From IMG/VR virus record IMGVR_UViG_3300048861_000081, positions 3,689-67,688 of that record: 64,000 bases of DNA, one strand, 5' to 3'. The DNA comes from a virus (taxonomy: Duplodnaviria > Caudoviricetes). The position numbers and the translations under genes are program-made. The notes beneath the pieces were generated by a model. The model worked only from the letters and a program-made list of their open reading frames with translations. It did not search any database and was not told where the DNA came from. Positions 52,748 through 62,176 of this stretch are shown here, in pieces; within the stretch, counting starts at the first letter, position 1, and the number at the start of each line of letters is the position of its first letter.

Positions 52748-55098
52748 TGGCAGCGACCCTTACTTCATCGCTGATTGTCAGGCTTATCGATCAGGTCACG
52801 AGCCCCGCCCGAAAGGTCGGGGCGGCCTTGGTCGGGCTGAACCGCACCGCGAACGGCGTATCCGGCAGCTTCGGCGCCCGGCTTGGCGCCGCGATCGAGC
52901 GGAATAACGCCGCGCTCGACAAGTCGCGCGGTCGGATGGTCGACGCGATCGCCGGCTTCTACGCGCTTAAGGAAGCGATCGGCGGCCCGGTAAGGGCTGC
53001 GACCGAATTCGAAAGCGCAATGTCCGACGTCCGCAAGGTCGTCGACTTCCCGACGCCGGAAGCGTTCAAGGACTTTCAGGCGCAGCTTATCGCGCTGTCG
53101 AAGCAAGTACCGCTGTCGGTCAACGGGTTGGCGCAGATTGCAGCCGCCGCCGGTCAAGCCGGTATCGCCGGCCCTGATCTGATCAAGTTCACTGAAGCCG
53201 CCGCAAAGGTCGGCGTTGCCTTTGACATCAGCGCCGACCAAGCCGGCGACGCAATGGCGAAGCTGATGACGGGCCTCGGCCTGACGATTGATCAGACCGT
53301 CTCGCTGTCCGATGCGATGAACTATCTGTCGAACGCGCAGGCATCGAGCGCGGCCGAGATCCTTGACGTGGTCCGCCGCGTTGGCGCCCAGGCGAAACAG
53401 TTCGGCTTTACCGCCGAACAGGTTGCCGCCTTCGGTTCTGCCATGGTGTCGGCCGGCGCCGAAACCGACGTCGCGGCTACATCCTTCCGCAACATGGGTC
53501 TTGCTTTGACCCATGGCGAGGCCGCGACGAAATCGCAGCGCAAGGCTTATGCAGCTCTTGGCATGGATGCCAAGAAGGTCGCGAAGGACATGCAGAAGGA
53601 CGCGGTCGGAACCACGCTTAAGGTCATGGAAGCGATCGCGAAGCTTCCAAAGGATCAGCAGGCGTCAGTTTCGTCCGAACTGTTCGGCAACGAAGCGCGC
53701 GCCCTTCCGATCCTTCTGACGAACCTTAAGCTTCTGAAAGACAGCCTCGGTCTTATTTCGGATCAATCGAAATATGCGGGGTCGTCGTTCAAAGAATACG
53801 ATGTCCGCGCCAAGACCTTCGCGAACGCTGTGCAGCTATTCCAAAACCGGCTTACGGCGCTGAAGATCGTCATCGGCGCCGCCTTGATCCCGGCGCTGAA
53901 TGACCTGATCCAGGCGATATCGCCGGTCATCGACCGGCTGACGACGTTCGCGCAAGCGCACCCGGAATTGACCCGGAATGTCCTTGCAGCGGCCGGGGCG
54001 TTGATCGCCTTCAAGATTGCAACGACGGCGCTGACTTTCGCCGGCCTACTTGGTCGCGGCGGCGCGCTGACGATGCTATCGATCGGCTTCAACACGGTCG
54101 GCCGCGCCGCTATCGGCGCATCGACTGCGGTTCGCGAGGCGGTCGGCCTTCAGATGGCCCTCGGCGCCATGTCGGGGCAGAAGCTTACCGGTCTGCAAAC
54201 GCTTGCCATATCCCTCCGCGCTATGGTCTTCGCCGTCCCCGGCGTCTCGGCTATCGCGTCCGCTCTTGGCGCTATAGGTGGCGCGCTTGCTGCTATCTCT
54301 GCCCCGGTATGGGGTTTGATCGCTCTCGGCGTTGCCGCCGTCGCGGCGGCCGGCGCGCTCTTGTGGAAATATTGGGACCGCGTTTCTTCCGTAGTTAGCG
54401 GTTTCGCTTCCCGTATCGGGCAGGAACTAGCGCCGGCGATCAAGTTGATACAGCCGGCGATCGATGCTCTGACACCCGCAGTCAGGGCCATCGGCGACGG
54501 CTTCGCATGGGCTCAACAGAAACTATCCGACTTTGCCGGATGGCTCGGGTCGTTCTTCAATCGCGAAGTCCTGTCGGACGACCAGAAGGCCGCCTATGCG
54601 CAAGCGGGGGCTGACCTTGCCGACAGCATGATCAACGCGGTCAAGTCGGCGTTCGACGGCTTGGTCGAATGGTTTAGGTCATTGCCCGGTCGGATCTTGA
54701 GCGCGATCGGTAGCATCGACCTGACGAGCCTCATTCATTGGCCGTCGCCGCCGGGATGGTGGACGCGGTTGATGGGCGGCGATGTCCCGGCCCCGAGCGC
54801 ACAGCCGGCGGCAACCGATACGGCCACGACGGGCCACCGCGCGAAAGGCGGCCCCGTATGGCCTGGGTCTTCCTTCCTTGTTGGCGAGAACGGCCCCGAG
54901 CGGTTTACGCCTTCAACGCAAGGCACGGTTTCTCCGGGCGGCGGCGGTATGCGAGGGCCGATATCAGTCGGGCCGTTTCATTTCCATGGCATTGCCGGCA
55001 GCCCTGCGGAACTTGAAAGGGCTGTCCGCAAAGGGACGGCTGATGCCCTTAACCAGGCGCTTCGCGGCGCCCATTCGGACAGCGGAGCGTGGGACTGA
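52747..55098 (+). CDS. Tape measure protein (TP901 family)
   Basis: FESAMSDVRKVVDF, LAQIAAAAGQAG, ELFGNEA; C-terminal RAKGGPV...VGENGPE. Confidence 0.95.
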   Translation: MAATLTSSLIVRLIDQVTSPARKVGAALVGLNRTANGVSGSFGARLGAAIERNNAALDKSRGRMVDAIAGFYALKEAIGGPVRAATEFESAMSDVRKVVDFPTPEAFKDFQAQLIALSKQVPLSVNGLAQIAAAAGQAGIAGPDLIKFTEAAAKVGVAFDISADQAGDAMAKLMTGLGLTIDQTVSLSDAMNYLSNAQASSAAEILDVVRRVGAQAKQFGFTAEQVAAFGSAMVSAGAETDVAATSFRNMGLALTHGEAATKSQRKAYAALGMDAKKVAKDMQKDAVGTTLKVMEAIAKLPKDQQASVSSELFGNEARALPILLTNLKLLKDSLGLISDQSKYAGSSFKEYDVRAKTFANAVQLFQNRLTALKIVIGAALIPALNDLIQAISPVIDRLTTFAQAHPELTRNVLAAAGALIAFKIATTALTFAGLLGRGGALTMLSIGFNTVGRAAIGASTAVREAVGLQMALGAMSGQKLTGLQTLAISLRAMVFAVPGVSAIASALGAIGGALAAISAPVWGLIALGVAAVAAAGALLWKYWDRVSSVVSGFASRIGQELAPAIKLIQPAIDALTPAVRAIGDGFAWAQQKLSDFAGWLGSFFNREVLSDDQKAAYAQAGADLADSMINAVKSAFDGLVEWFRSLPGRILSAIGSIDLTSLIHWPSPPGWWTRLMGGDVPAPSAQPAATDTATTGHRAKGGPVWPGSSFLVGENGPERFTPSTQGTVSPGGGGMRGPISVGPFHFHGIAGSPAELERAVRKGTADALNQALRGAHSDSGAWD

Positions 55099-55520
55099 TG
55101 CTTTATACCCTTGGCGCCCTTTCGATCGATGTCGCCCCGTTCAACGTTCATGATGTTTCTGAGAACGGGGCGACAGAATACGCAAGCAAGGCCGTCGTCG
55201 GAACGGAGCCGTTGCTTGAATTCGTCGGGGAGGGAGCGAATGACATGTCGCTTAGCGGGCGACTTTTCCCGCGCGCGATCGGCGGCCTGGACGAGCTCGA
55301 AATCCTTCGACAAATGCGGGTCAGCGGCAAGCCGCAATACATGATGCGCGGCGATGGCAAGCCGATGGGATGGTACGCCATCACAAGCGTCTCCACCCGA
55401 TCTAGCTATCTCGACGGCAACGGCATCGGCAAGCAGATCGAAGTGTCGATCAGCATGACGCGGGCGCAAACGCCGGCGGCCGCATCATTCTTCTCATTGA
55501 TATCCGGGCTTCTCGGGTGA
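55098..55520 (+). CDS. Tail protein gpU-like
   Basis: EPLLEFVGEG...MSLSGRLFP...LMRGDG-like YMMRGDG; TGATG overlap. Confidence 0.85.
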   Translation: MLYTLGALSIDVAPFNVHDVSENGATEYASKAVVGTEPLLEFVGEGANDMSLSGRLFPRAIGGLDELEILRQMRVSGKPQYMMRGDGKPMGWYAITSVSTRSSYLDGNGIGKQIEVSISMTRAQTPAAASFFSLISGLLG

Positions 55521-55547
55521 CGAAAAGCCTAACGGGGGTCTGCATCC

Positions 55548-55784
55548 ATGGCGGATGAAACAATCGAGACCGTCACCGTCCAGACGGACGGGATGACGGC
55601 GTCGCTGATCGTTTGGCGCCGCTTTCGGCGGGCGATGCCCGGCGTTGTCGAGCGCTTATACGAACTGAACCCCGGCCTTGCTGATGCCGGGGTAATCCTT
55701 CCCATCGGCGCCGTCATAAAGTTGCCAATCCCGGCCGGGGGAACGAACCCGGCGGACGTTACGCCAGTCAGGCTTTGGAGCTAA
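55548..55784 (+). CDS. Tail protein X (LysM-like)
   Basis: VERLYELNPGLAD.GVILPIGAVIKLP. Confidence 0.9.
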   Translation: MADETIETVTVQTDGMTASLIVWRRFRRAMPGVVERLYELNPGLADAGVILPIGAVIKLPIPAGGTNPADVTPVRLWS

Positions 55785-55787
55785 GCG

Positions 55788-56804
55788 ATGCAGGCGATCT
55801 ATTCTGTCGTCGTGGCAGGGCAAGATATTTCGACGGCCCTGAACCCGATCTTGCTCAACCTGTCTGTATCGCTGAAGTCTGGCGGCTCTAGCGATACTGC
55901 GTCGCTTACGATCGACGACACTGGCGGCCGGGTCATTTTGCCGGGCAAGGGCGACCCGATCACTATCAAGCTTGGATGGCAAGATAAGGGGATCGGGACC
56001 GTCTTCGCCGGGACGGTCGATGAAGTTAACGCCGAGGGCGGCCGGTCAGGTCGGACGCTGTCAATCAGCGCCAAGGGCGTAGATACGAACGGCAAGGCGA
56101 AGCAGGGTCAGCGTCGGCATTTCGATAACGCCACCGTCAAGGACGCGCTTTCCGCCGCCGGGCAGACGGCAGGGGTTGACGTCAAGGTGGACCCGTCCTT
56201 CGCGTCCATCACGCGCCCCTACATCGCCCTCGACGATGAAAGCTTTCTCGCCTTCGGTGAACGGCTGGCGCGCGAACTTGGCGGAACCTTCAAGATCGTC
56301 GGGACGACGGCGGTCCTTGCAAAGCGGAATGGGGGCGTAGCGCCGTCAGGCGCCGCCCTGCCGACTATAACGGCGGCATGGGGCGACAACCTCCATGAAT
56401 ATTCGATCAAGCCGCTGCTAGGCCGCCCGGTCGAGAAGACGACCCTTAGCCGCTGGTACGATAGCAAGTCGGCGGCTTGGAAATCAAAGACCGCCGAAAC
56501 GGGGACAGACGGCGCGACGACGACGAAGCCGTCGATCTTTACCGAGGCTGATGAAGACCGCGCGACCGAGCAATCGTCTTCAGACGCGGTCGAAAGCGAC
56601 CGCAAGAGCGGCGAAGGCAGCGCCACGATCGAAGGCGACATCAACGCACAGCCGGAAGGGAACTGCATCGTCTCGAATTGCCGGGACGGCGTCGATGGAA
56701 CCTACCGGATTGACAGCGTCGATCACTCCTACTCGCGCAGCGGCTTCACGACATCCCTTCAACTGCGGCAGCCGAAAGGCAGTGCCGGCAAGGACAGTAG
56801 ATAG
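55788..56804 (+). CDS. Baseplate hub / late control gene D-like protein
   Basis: SDTASLTIDD, LGWQDKG, DESFLAFGERLARELG, GTYRIDSVDHSYSRSGFTT. Confidence 0.9.
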   Translation: MQAIYSVVVAGQDISTALNPILLNLSVSLKSGGSSDTASLTIDDTGGRVILPGKGDPITIKLGWQDKGIGTVFAGTVDEVNAEGGRSGRTLSISAKGVDTNGKAKQGQRRHFDNATVKDALSAAGQTAGVDVKVDPSFASITRPYIALDDESFLAFGERLARELGGTFKIVGTTAVLAKRNGGVAPSGAALPTITAAWGDNLHEYSIKPLLGRPVEKTTLSRWYDSKSAAWKSKTAETGTDGATTTKPSIFTEADEDRATEQSSSDAVESDRKSGEGSATIEGDINAQPEGNCIVSNCRDGVDGTYRIDSVDHSYSRSGFTTSLQLRQPKGSAGKDSR

Positions 56805-56819
56805 AAAAGGACTTTTCAG

Positions 56820-59366
56820 ATGTCATTTGGTTTTGGAGTTGGCATACAGCGGCTCGGCAGCGTTGGTGTCGATACGCAGAGCGCGCTTCTTGCCCTCCCA
56901 TCGCCGGGGGCCGCGTTGCGCCCGACCGGCTTCGTCTTTGCCGATCCTGACCCCACGAAGAATGGCGTCTATACTTGGACTGGATCGTCCTGGCAGCGCG
57001 ATCGCGGCCTTCCCGAGCAAATCGCCACCCTGGACGTTACTGGCGGCGATGAAAACGACATCATCGCTACCGTTCAGGCTGGCGTTGATCTCGCGCAGAT
57101 ATCGCTTGTTCGGATCACGCCGGCAGGGACCAATACCGGTCCGGTATCAATCAATACTAAGCCGGTTCTCGATGCGGCGGGTAACGCCCTTGACGCTGAC
57201 CAGTTCGTCGGCGGTCAGACCTACATTCTCGTCGCCAACGCCGACAACTATCAATCTATAATCGGCTCGTTTGCTTCGGCGGCGCAGGGGGCAAAGGCCG
57301 ACAGCGCATTGCAGCAGACTTCTCCGATCTTCGTCCCGTCTTATCTTGTTCCCGCTATTCCCGTTGCGCCTCCGATCATCAAGGCGAACGGGGATGAATG
57401 GTCTATTTTTGCTTTCAAAGGCGGAGAGACAGAACGAGCAAAAGATACCTCGATTGCTGACTATCAGGAGACTTTCTCGACCGCTGTGGCGACAGGGGAA
57501 AAGATTAAAGTTCCTCGTTGGGAGTTTCCTGTCCGGTCGCTCAGCCTCACCGGAGAAATCAACGCCGGCGTCAACGTCCAGGCGGATACCCCGATCGACG
57601 TTGTTTGTGCTTCGGGCGCCAAGTTCATCGCCGGCGAATGTTTCGTCGGCCTCGTGTCGTCAATGATCCGTTTTGTTGGCGATACCACTCCGACCGACAG
57701 CACGAACAGCATTCTGACGCCGTTCAGTTGGCGTGGCGGCATCATGTCCGGCGAAGCGCTGACGGCAGCGCATGGGGCAGGCTCGGGCTTTGGCGTCGGT
57801 CTGATGGATGTTAGCCAGTACTTCAATCCGCTGATCGAAGGCGTTCTGTTCGACGCCGGCGTAACGACGCCGGCATTAAATTCGATCGGGTGCGGCTACA
57901 TTGATACTGGCCTCGGGATGCATGGCAACATCGGGTCGCAAGTTATCGGGAACGGGTTCCGTGGTCTCTTCGATGCCGGCGTTTATGACAACGGTATCCG
58001 GCAGGTTGTTACCCTTGGCACCAACCCCCTTAATACAACTAGCGGATCACCTATCGTAGGAGTTCACCAGCCAGCACATGGGCTTACAACAGGCGAACGC
58101 CCCGGCATTGCCGGCACGTCGGCACTTCCGATCATTGCGCTGGGCGGCCTTTCGCTGTTCGGCGAATACGCGGTGACTGTCGTTGACCCTGACAACTATA
58201 CGATCACGGCAGCCGCGAACGCTACATCCACGACGTCAGGCGGGACCGGCGCCCGCGTAACAATGCCGATCAGCCAGACCGAGTACATGTCGATCGGCGG
58301 CGAGCAATCCGTCTACCAGCGAAATTACTTCCTTCGGGTCGGGAACACCTGTCTTGCTGTGAAGCGCAACCTTCGGCATGTCGATATCAGCCATAACAGG
58401 TTCCGCGAAACATCCAACGCGGTCGCCCTAGCCCCGATCGACGTTGCCATGGCGGAAGGGCACAAAGCTCTTATCACGCACAACACGCTGACGCGCATCA
58501 CCGGGCACGGCCTTCGGGTCATTGGCGGCGGCATGTTCGTTACCATCGCCGACAATCACATCGAGAACTTCGGCAAGCAGCTTTTCGACGAAACGGTCTA
58601 CACCAATTTTTCGACCGATTTCCCGCCAACGGCGATCTGGCTTCAAAGCGTCCTCGGTGCGAACGTTCATGACAACACGATCGCTCAAACGGGCAAATAT
58701 AAGGACTTGACTGGCATCATCGCTGGCGAAGAACCTTGCGCTATCCGCCTATCCAAAAACCCGAACATGATCGATGGTTCGAAGAACTGCAAGGTTCACG
58801 ATAACAACATCATCGATGTGCCCCGCCCGTTCCTCGATCAGACAGGCAATAGCGCAAACCGTTGGGAGAACAATCCCTATAGTGGCAATTCTGTCCCGGC
58901 GATTATCACGCCAACTGATAGCATTCTGATTGAACCGGACAGCAAAGGGTCAGGAACGTGCCTTCTCAAAGGAACGGTCGGCGACTTTAGCAGCTATGAC
59001 TTGCACACCTACCATTGGTATAAGCATGGCGATGTGGTCACCCTGGCAGTCTACATTGACTTGGCGGCGACAACGGGCGGATCTGGAAACATCACGATCG
59101 GTGGGTACACCCCATTGATAGGCGGGGCTCCCCCTGCAGCTCGGACAACTGCGCCTGCGTCCCAGGCGCTCGGGTTCGCTGTAAAAACCTCAGGTCAGCT
59201 AACGCACTCTGCCGCTGGCTTCACCGAGTTCCAGGCCGACATTTCAGCGGGCGGGAATATCATCAATCTGTTCGAGGTCGGGAACAACGTGATCCTTCCT
59301 TTGACAGAAGCGAGGTTCGGCGGTGGGACGCGTATGGCCATTACAGGCTCATATATCGCGAACTAG
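56820..59366 (+). CDS. Tailspike / putative polysaccharide depolymerase with right-handed beta-helix
   Basis: Phage anchor-like N-terminus; repeated I.hN.f/I.DN.I beta-helix turns (ISHNRF, ITHNTL, IADNHI, VHDNTI, VHDNNI). Confidence 0.75.
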   Translation: MSFGFGVGIQRLGSVGVDTQSALLALPSPGAALRPTGFVFADPDPTKNGVYTWTGSSWQRDRGLPEQIATLDVTGGDENDIIATVQAGVDLAQISLVRITPAGTNTGPVSINTKPVLDAAGNALDADQFVGGQTYILVANADNYQSIIGSFASAAQGAKADSALQQTSPIFVPSYLVPAIPVAPPIIKANGDEWSIFAFKGGETERAKDTSIADYQETFSTAVATGEKIKVPRWEFPVRSLSLTGEINAGVNVQADTPIDVVCASGAKFIAGECFVGLVSSMIRFVGDTTPTDSTNSILTPFSWRGGIMSGEALTAAHGAGSGFGVGLMDVSQYFNPLIEGVLFDAGVTTPALNSIGCGYIDTGLGMHGNIGSQVIGNGFRGLFDAGVYDNGIRQVVTLGTNPLNTTSGSPIVGVHQPAHGLTTGERPGIAGTSALPIIALGGLSLFGEYAVTVVDPDNYTITAAANATSTTSGGTGARVTMPISQTEYMSIGGEQSVYQRNYFLRVGNTCLAVKRNLRHVDISHNRFRETSNAVALAPIDVAMAEGHKALITHNTLTRITGHGLRVIGGGMFVTIADNHIENFGKQLFDETVYTNFSTDFPPTAIWLQSVLGANVHDNTIAQTGKYKDLTGIIAGEEPCAIRLSKNPNMIDGSKNCKVHDNNIIDVPRPFLDQTGNSANRWENNPYSGNSVPAIITPTDSILIEPDSKGSGTCLLKGTVGDFSSYDLHTYHWYKHGDVVTLAVYIDLAATTGGSGNITIGGYTPLIGGAPPAARTTAPASQALGFAVKTSGQLTHSAAGFTEFQADISAGGNIINLFEVGNNVILPLTEARFGGGTRMAITGSYIAN

Positions 59367-59394
59367 CGCGCCGATGCGGGATGAAGCGCTATAG

Positions 59395-59425
59395 GTCGAG
59401 AGGAAGGCTTTGCTTTCCTCTCGAC
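59395..59425. terminator. Strong hairpin between convergent tailspike and moron
   Basis: GTCGAGAGGAAGGC-TTT-GCTTTCCTCTCGAC. Confidence 0.65.
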
Positions 59426-59449
59426 GTCGGCGGCGTTCGATAGTTGTTG

Positions 59450-60346
59450 TTATGCCAGGCTGAACTTGACCCTGACGGATTGAATTGCATCATTCGACCC
59501 AAATACACAGGGGATCGGCTGCTGAACGTACGTTTCCCCGGCCACTTTTTTTCTTCCCATTTCGCGAAGAACTAGCGCCGAGTTATGCCGGGGGAGGACG
59601 TCATAGGTAACGTCTGGCCAAGTAGCGTCGATCGCTCTCGGGCTGTCAAGAATAGACAGGTCGGCTCCTGCTGCAACCAAGAGAGACGGGAACAAAAACT
59701 CGAAAAAGTACCTGTTGAAACCGAGCGAATGCAGGCTTGAAGTGATCAGTTCTTCGGGCATTTGCTGAAGTGCAGAAGAGAGAAACGCCGCAGATACCGA
59801 GAACATCGTATATGGGACGGTGAAGCAGACCTGAGGGCCGGATATGCCGCACATGTCTAGCAAACGATGGAACTGCTTAATGTGGACCATGGTGTTCGGC
59901 ATAGATGCGTTTCGAGCATAGATAGCATTCCGATTTATTCGAAAGGCTTCCTCGATGCGGTCTATATTCAGGCACCCGTCGATCTGATCGTTTGCAATGA
60001 ATTCGAAGTCCTTGAAGGCATGGCTTGATCCCTTGCAGTGACCGAACATGGCAACGTCGTAGCCCGGTAGACGTAATTGGGCGTTCCAAAGCCCGAGCTG
60101 GTATCCTGCTGCGTCCGAACGGCTATTATTCTCAGGCGCGACATGCTCAAGCGCGACGACATTCGGAATGTTTTCCAGCGCCGCCGCAAAAGTCGGATCG
60201 CAGCCAGGGTTGACGGAAACGACCTTATCGATCGAACCGAACCGATCGCTTAACAGCGACAGGTAATAATTGCGCCAAATGGCAGTATCCGGTTTGTCGG
60301 GGGCGACCCAAGCAGCGAAAATCAAAAGTGGTTTGAAGGACAGCAT
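59450..60346 (-). CDS. Putative glycan-synthesis/modifying protein (RgpF/glycosyltransferase-like)
   Basis: SDAAGYQLGL...YDVAMFGHCKGSSH...RYFFEFLFP resembles rhamnan-synthesis-F-like motifs; lower GC. Confidence 0.45.
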   Translation of the reverse strand: MLSFKPLLIFAAWVAPDKPDTAIWRNYYLSLLSDRFGSIDKVVSVNPGCDPTFAAALENIPNVVALEHVAPENNSRSDAAGYQLGLWNAQLRLPGYDVAMFGHCKGSSHAFKDFEFIANDQIDGCLNIDRIEEAFRINRNAIYARNASMPNTMVHIKQFHRLLDMCGISGPQVCFTVPYTMFSVSAAFLSSALQQMPEELITSSLHSLGFNRYFFEFLFPSLLVAAGADLSILDSPRAIDATWPDVTYDVLPRHNSALVLREMGRKKVAGETYVQQPIPCVFGSNDAIQSVRVKFSLA

Positions 60347-60369
60347 GAATTTTCCCAATCGGTTTTTTG

Positions 60370-61179
60370 TTAGCCTTCGAGAAGGCGTCTTCGCATAAAT
60401 CTCTCGATGGCGAGCCCTAGAAACAAGCAAGTCATACCGCAAGCCAGAATGTAGGGCTTGTCGAGCAACTTATCGGAATAGCCTTCGTAATAGGCGGTTC
60501 GCATCCATTCGACACACTGGAATACCGGACTGAAGGACATCGGGTAAGAGATCTGTGCGGGTAGCGATGTAACGGGGATCATCGTCCCTGACGATGCGTA
60601 GAAGAGGATCAGCATCAGCGCCCAAATCGTGTTTGCCAAGGGAAACATCACGATCAGAATTCCGACTAGCGTGCCGACGCCAACCGACAAAAAGATTGTC
60701 GCGAGATAGGCCGCGACCGCTGTGTCCAAATCGATTGGGAATGGATCGTCGCCCATTGCCCAAAGTGCGAATAGCATCAGCGTTAGGGACATGAACGCGC
60801 CAATGATTTCCAGCGCAGCGCGACCGAACATGACATCGAGCATCTTCACAACCGGGAAATTTATCATCGGGCGATTGATGACGATCGAAAACCCCATGAA
60901 GCGGGTTATGTACATGAATGCAACTGTCGGGATTAGCCCGGTCGCGATGTAGACGGGGAGGCTTGTCCCGTATGCGACGACCGGATGAATGACGGCGTGA
61001 ATGACGATGATGATCGTCATGTGCACGAAAGGCCAAAGGGGCACCATGACAAAGCCGAGGCCATGATTGAAAAACCGCGTCCGCATGTCGCGGAGCATAA
61101 CAGCTTTCATGACATTGAATTTGGATTGTATCGCCTCGATCATCGGCCGCCGGGGCCGGCGTCGGTCTGTTCTGGCCAT
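60370..61179 (-). CDS. ABC-2 capsular polysaccharide export permease, KpsM/RkpT-like (no ATPase partner)
   Basis: AVMLRDMRTRFFNHGLGFVMVPLWP, ~6 hydrophobic segments, VKMLDVMFGRA, FYASG, PVFQCVEWMRTAYY. Confidence 0.85.
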   Translation of the reverse strand: MARTDRRRPRRPMIEAIQSKFNVMKAVMLRDMRTRFFNHGLGFVMVPLWPFVHMTIIIVIHAVIHPVVAYGTSLPVYIATGLIPTVAFMYITRFMGFSIVINRPMINFPVVKMLDVMFGRAALEIIGAFMSLTLMLFALWAMGDDPFPIDLDTAVAAYLATIFLSVGVGTLVGILIVMFPLANTIWALMLILFYASSGTMIPVTSLPAQISYPMSFSPVFQCVEWMRTAYYEGYSDKLLDKPYILACGMTCLFLGLAIERFMRRRLLEG

Positions 61180-61288
61180 GCTGAATATCCCAAAATAAAA
61201 ATCGATTTGTTTATATCGCCGATCCACTAGCGGGACAGTGATAAGCCGAAATTGCGATGAGTTGCAACGGCAGTAGAAGCGTTTTCGC

Positions 61289-61319
61289 AAGGCCCGCGTG
61301 AGTGGGCCTTTTTTCTTTT
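61289..61319 (+). terminator. Intrinsic terminator immediately upstream of the lysis cassette
   Basis: AAGGCCCGC-GTGA-GTGGGCCTT followed by T-rich tract. Confidence 0.8.
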
Positions 61320-61339
61320 CCAACTTTTAGGGGGAAGTC

Positions 61340-61690
61340 ATGAATACTCTTCCGGCCGCATTGCGGCGGAAGATCAAGGAGACGTTTGTCTCCGCGATCT
61401 CGGTCTTCGGCTTAGAGCCGGTCGAAGGCTTCAACCACATTTTTGCGCGCGCTTGGAGCATTCGGCTCGCGATCCTTGCCGGCTTCCTTTCAATGCTTGA
61501 AGTCGGCCTTCCGTTGATCGCGGACATCCGGCCATTCCCGCCGCTTCTATACGCTGTCCTGATGATGGCTATCACCTGGGCCGCCTGTATCGCGCGTCTT
61601 GTCGCGCAGCCGGCCATTCAATCGAAAATCGAACAAACGTCGCAGCCGGCCGCAACGGACCCGGCGCGTCAGCCATGGGGAGATGCATGA
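61340..61690 (+). CDS. Putative holin (two TM segments)
   Basis: WSIRLAILAGFLSMLEV...LLYAVLMMAITWAACIARLVAQP; directly before endolysin. Confidence 0.75.
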   Translation: MNTLPAALRRKIKETFVSAISVFGLEPVEGFNHIFARAWSIRLAILAGFLSMLEVGLPLIADIRPFPPLLYAVLMMAITWAACIARLVAQPAIQSKIEQTSQPAATDPARQPWGDA

Positions 61691-62175
61691 TCAGCCGGAT
61701 CAGACAGAACGGAAAAGCAACCGCCGTGGGCGTTGCGTTGATCGCGATGGTCGGCAGCTTCGAAGGCGTTAAGACAATCGCCTATCGCGATCCGGTCGGC
61801 GTCCCGACCATCTGCTTCGGCGAAACGCGCGGCGTCAAGATGGGCGACCGCGCCACGCTGGCCGAATGTCGGAACATGCTCGCCGATCGACTTGTCGAAT
61901 TCGAGACGGGTATGCGGAAATGCCTTAAGGCGCCGGACAGCATTCCGGACGGGCCTTATCAAAGTTTCCTGTCGTTCTCCTACAACGCCGGGACTTCCGC
62001 ATTCTGCTCGTCGACTATGGCGCGTAGGGTGAATGACGGCGACCTTCGCGGCGCTTGCAATGAGTTCCCGAAGTGGACAAAAGCGAGCGGTCCTTTCGGG
62101 ACAAAGGTCACCTTGCCGGGTCTTGTAAAGCGTCGCAAGGAAGAGCAGGCGCTTTGCCTGACGGGGGTCAAATGA
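61687..62175 (+). CDS. Endolysin, GH24 phage lysozyme with SAR-like N-terminus
   Basis: E-X8-D-X5-T triad (FEGVKTIAYRDPVGVPT), SFSYNAG, GLVKRRKEE; weakly hydrophobic ATAVGVALIAMVG. Confidence 0.93.
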   Translation: MISRIRQNGKATAVGVALIAMVGSFEGVKTIAYRDPVGVPTICFGETRGVKMGDRATLAECRNMLADRLVEFETGMRKCLKAPDSIPDGPYQSFLSFSYNAGTSAFCSSTMARRVNDGDLRGACNEFPKWTKASGPFGTKVTLPGLVKRRKEEQALCLTGVK

Positions 62176-62176
62176 C

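Noticed and set aside
59450-61179. Moron interpreted as host chromosome beyond the prophage end
   Set aside because: It is flanked by tailspike and lysis genes, and the att candidate lies 2.8 kb further right
60370-61323. 317-aa version of the permease starting at 61323
   Set aside because: The extension runs through the reverse complement of a terminator and non-coding-like sequence; ATG 61179 has an RBS-like GGGA and gives KpsM-like length
13688-61324. Isolated operator half-sites (13688, 28968, 29254, 61319)
   Set aside because: No partner half-site at N5 spacing
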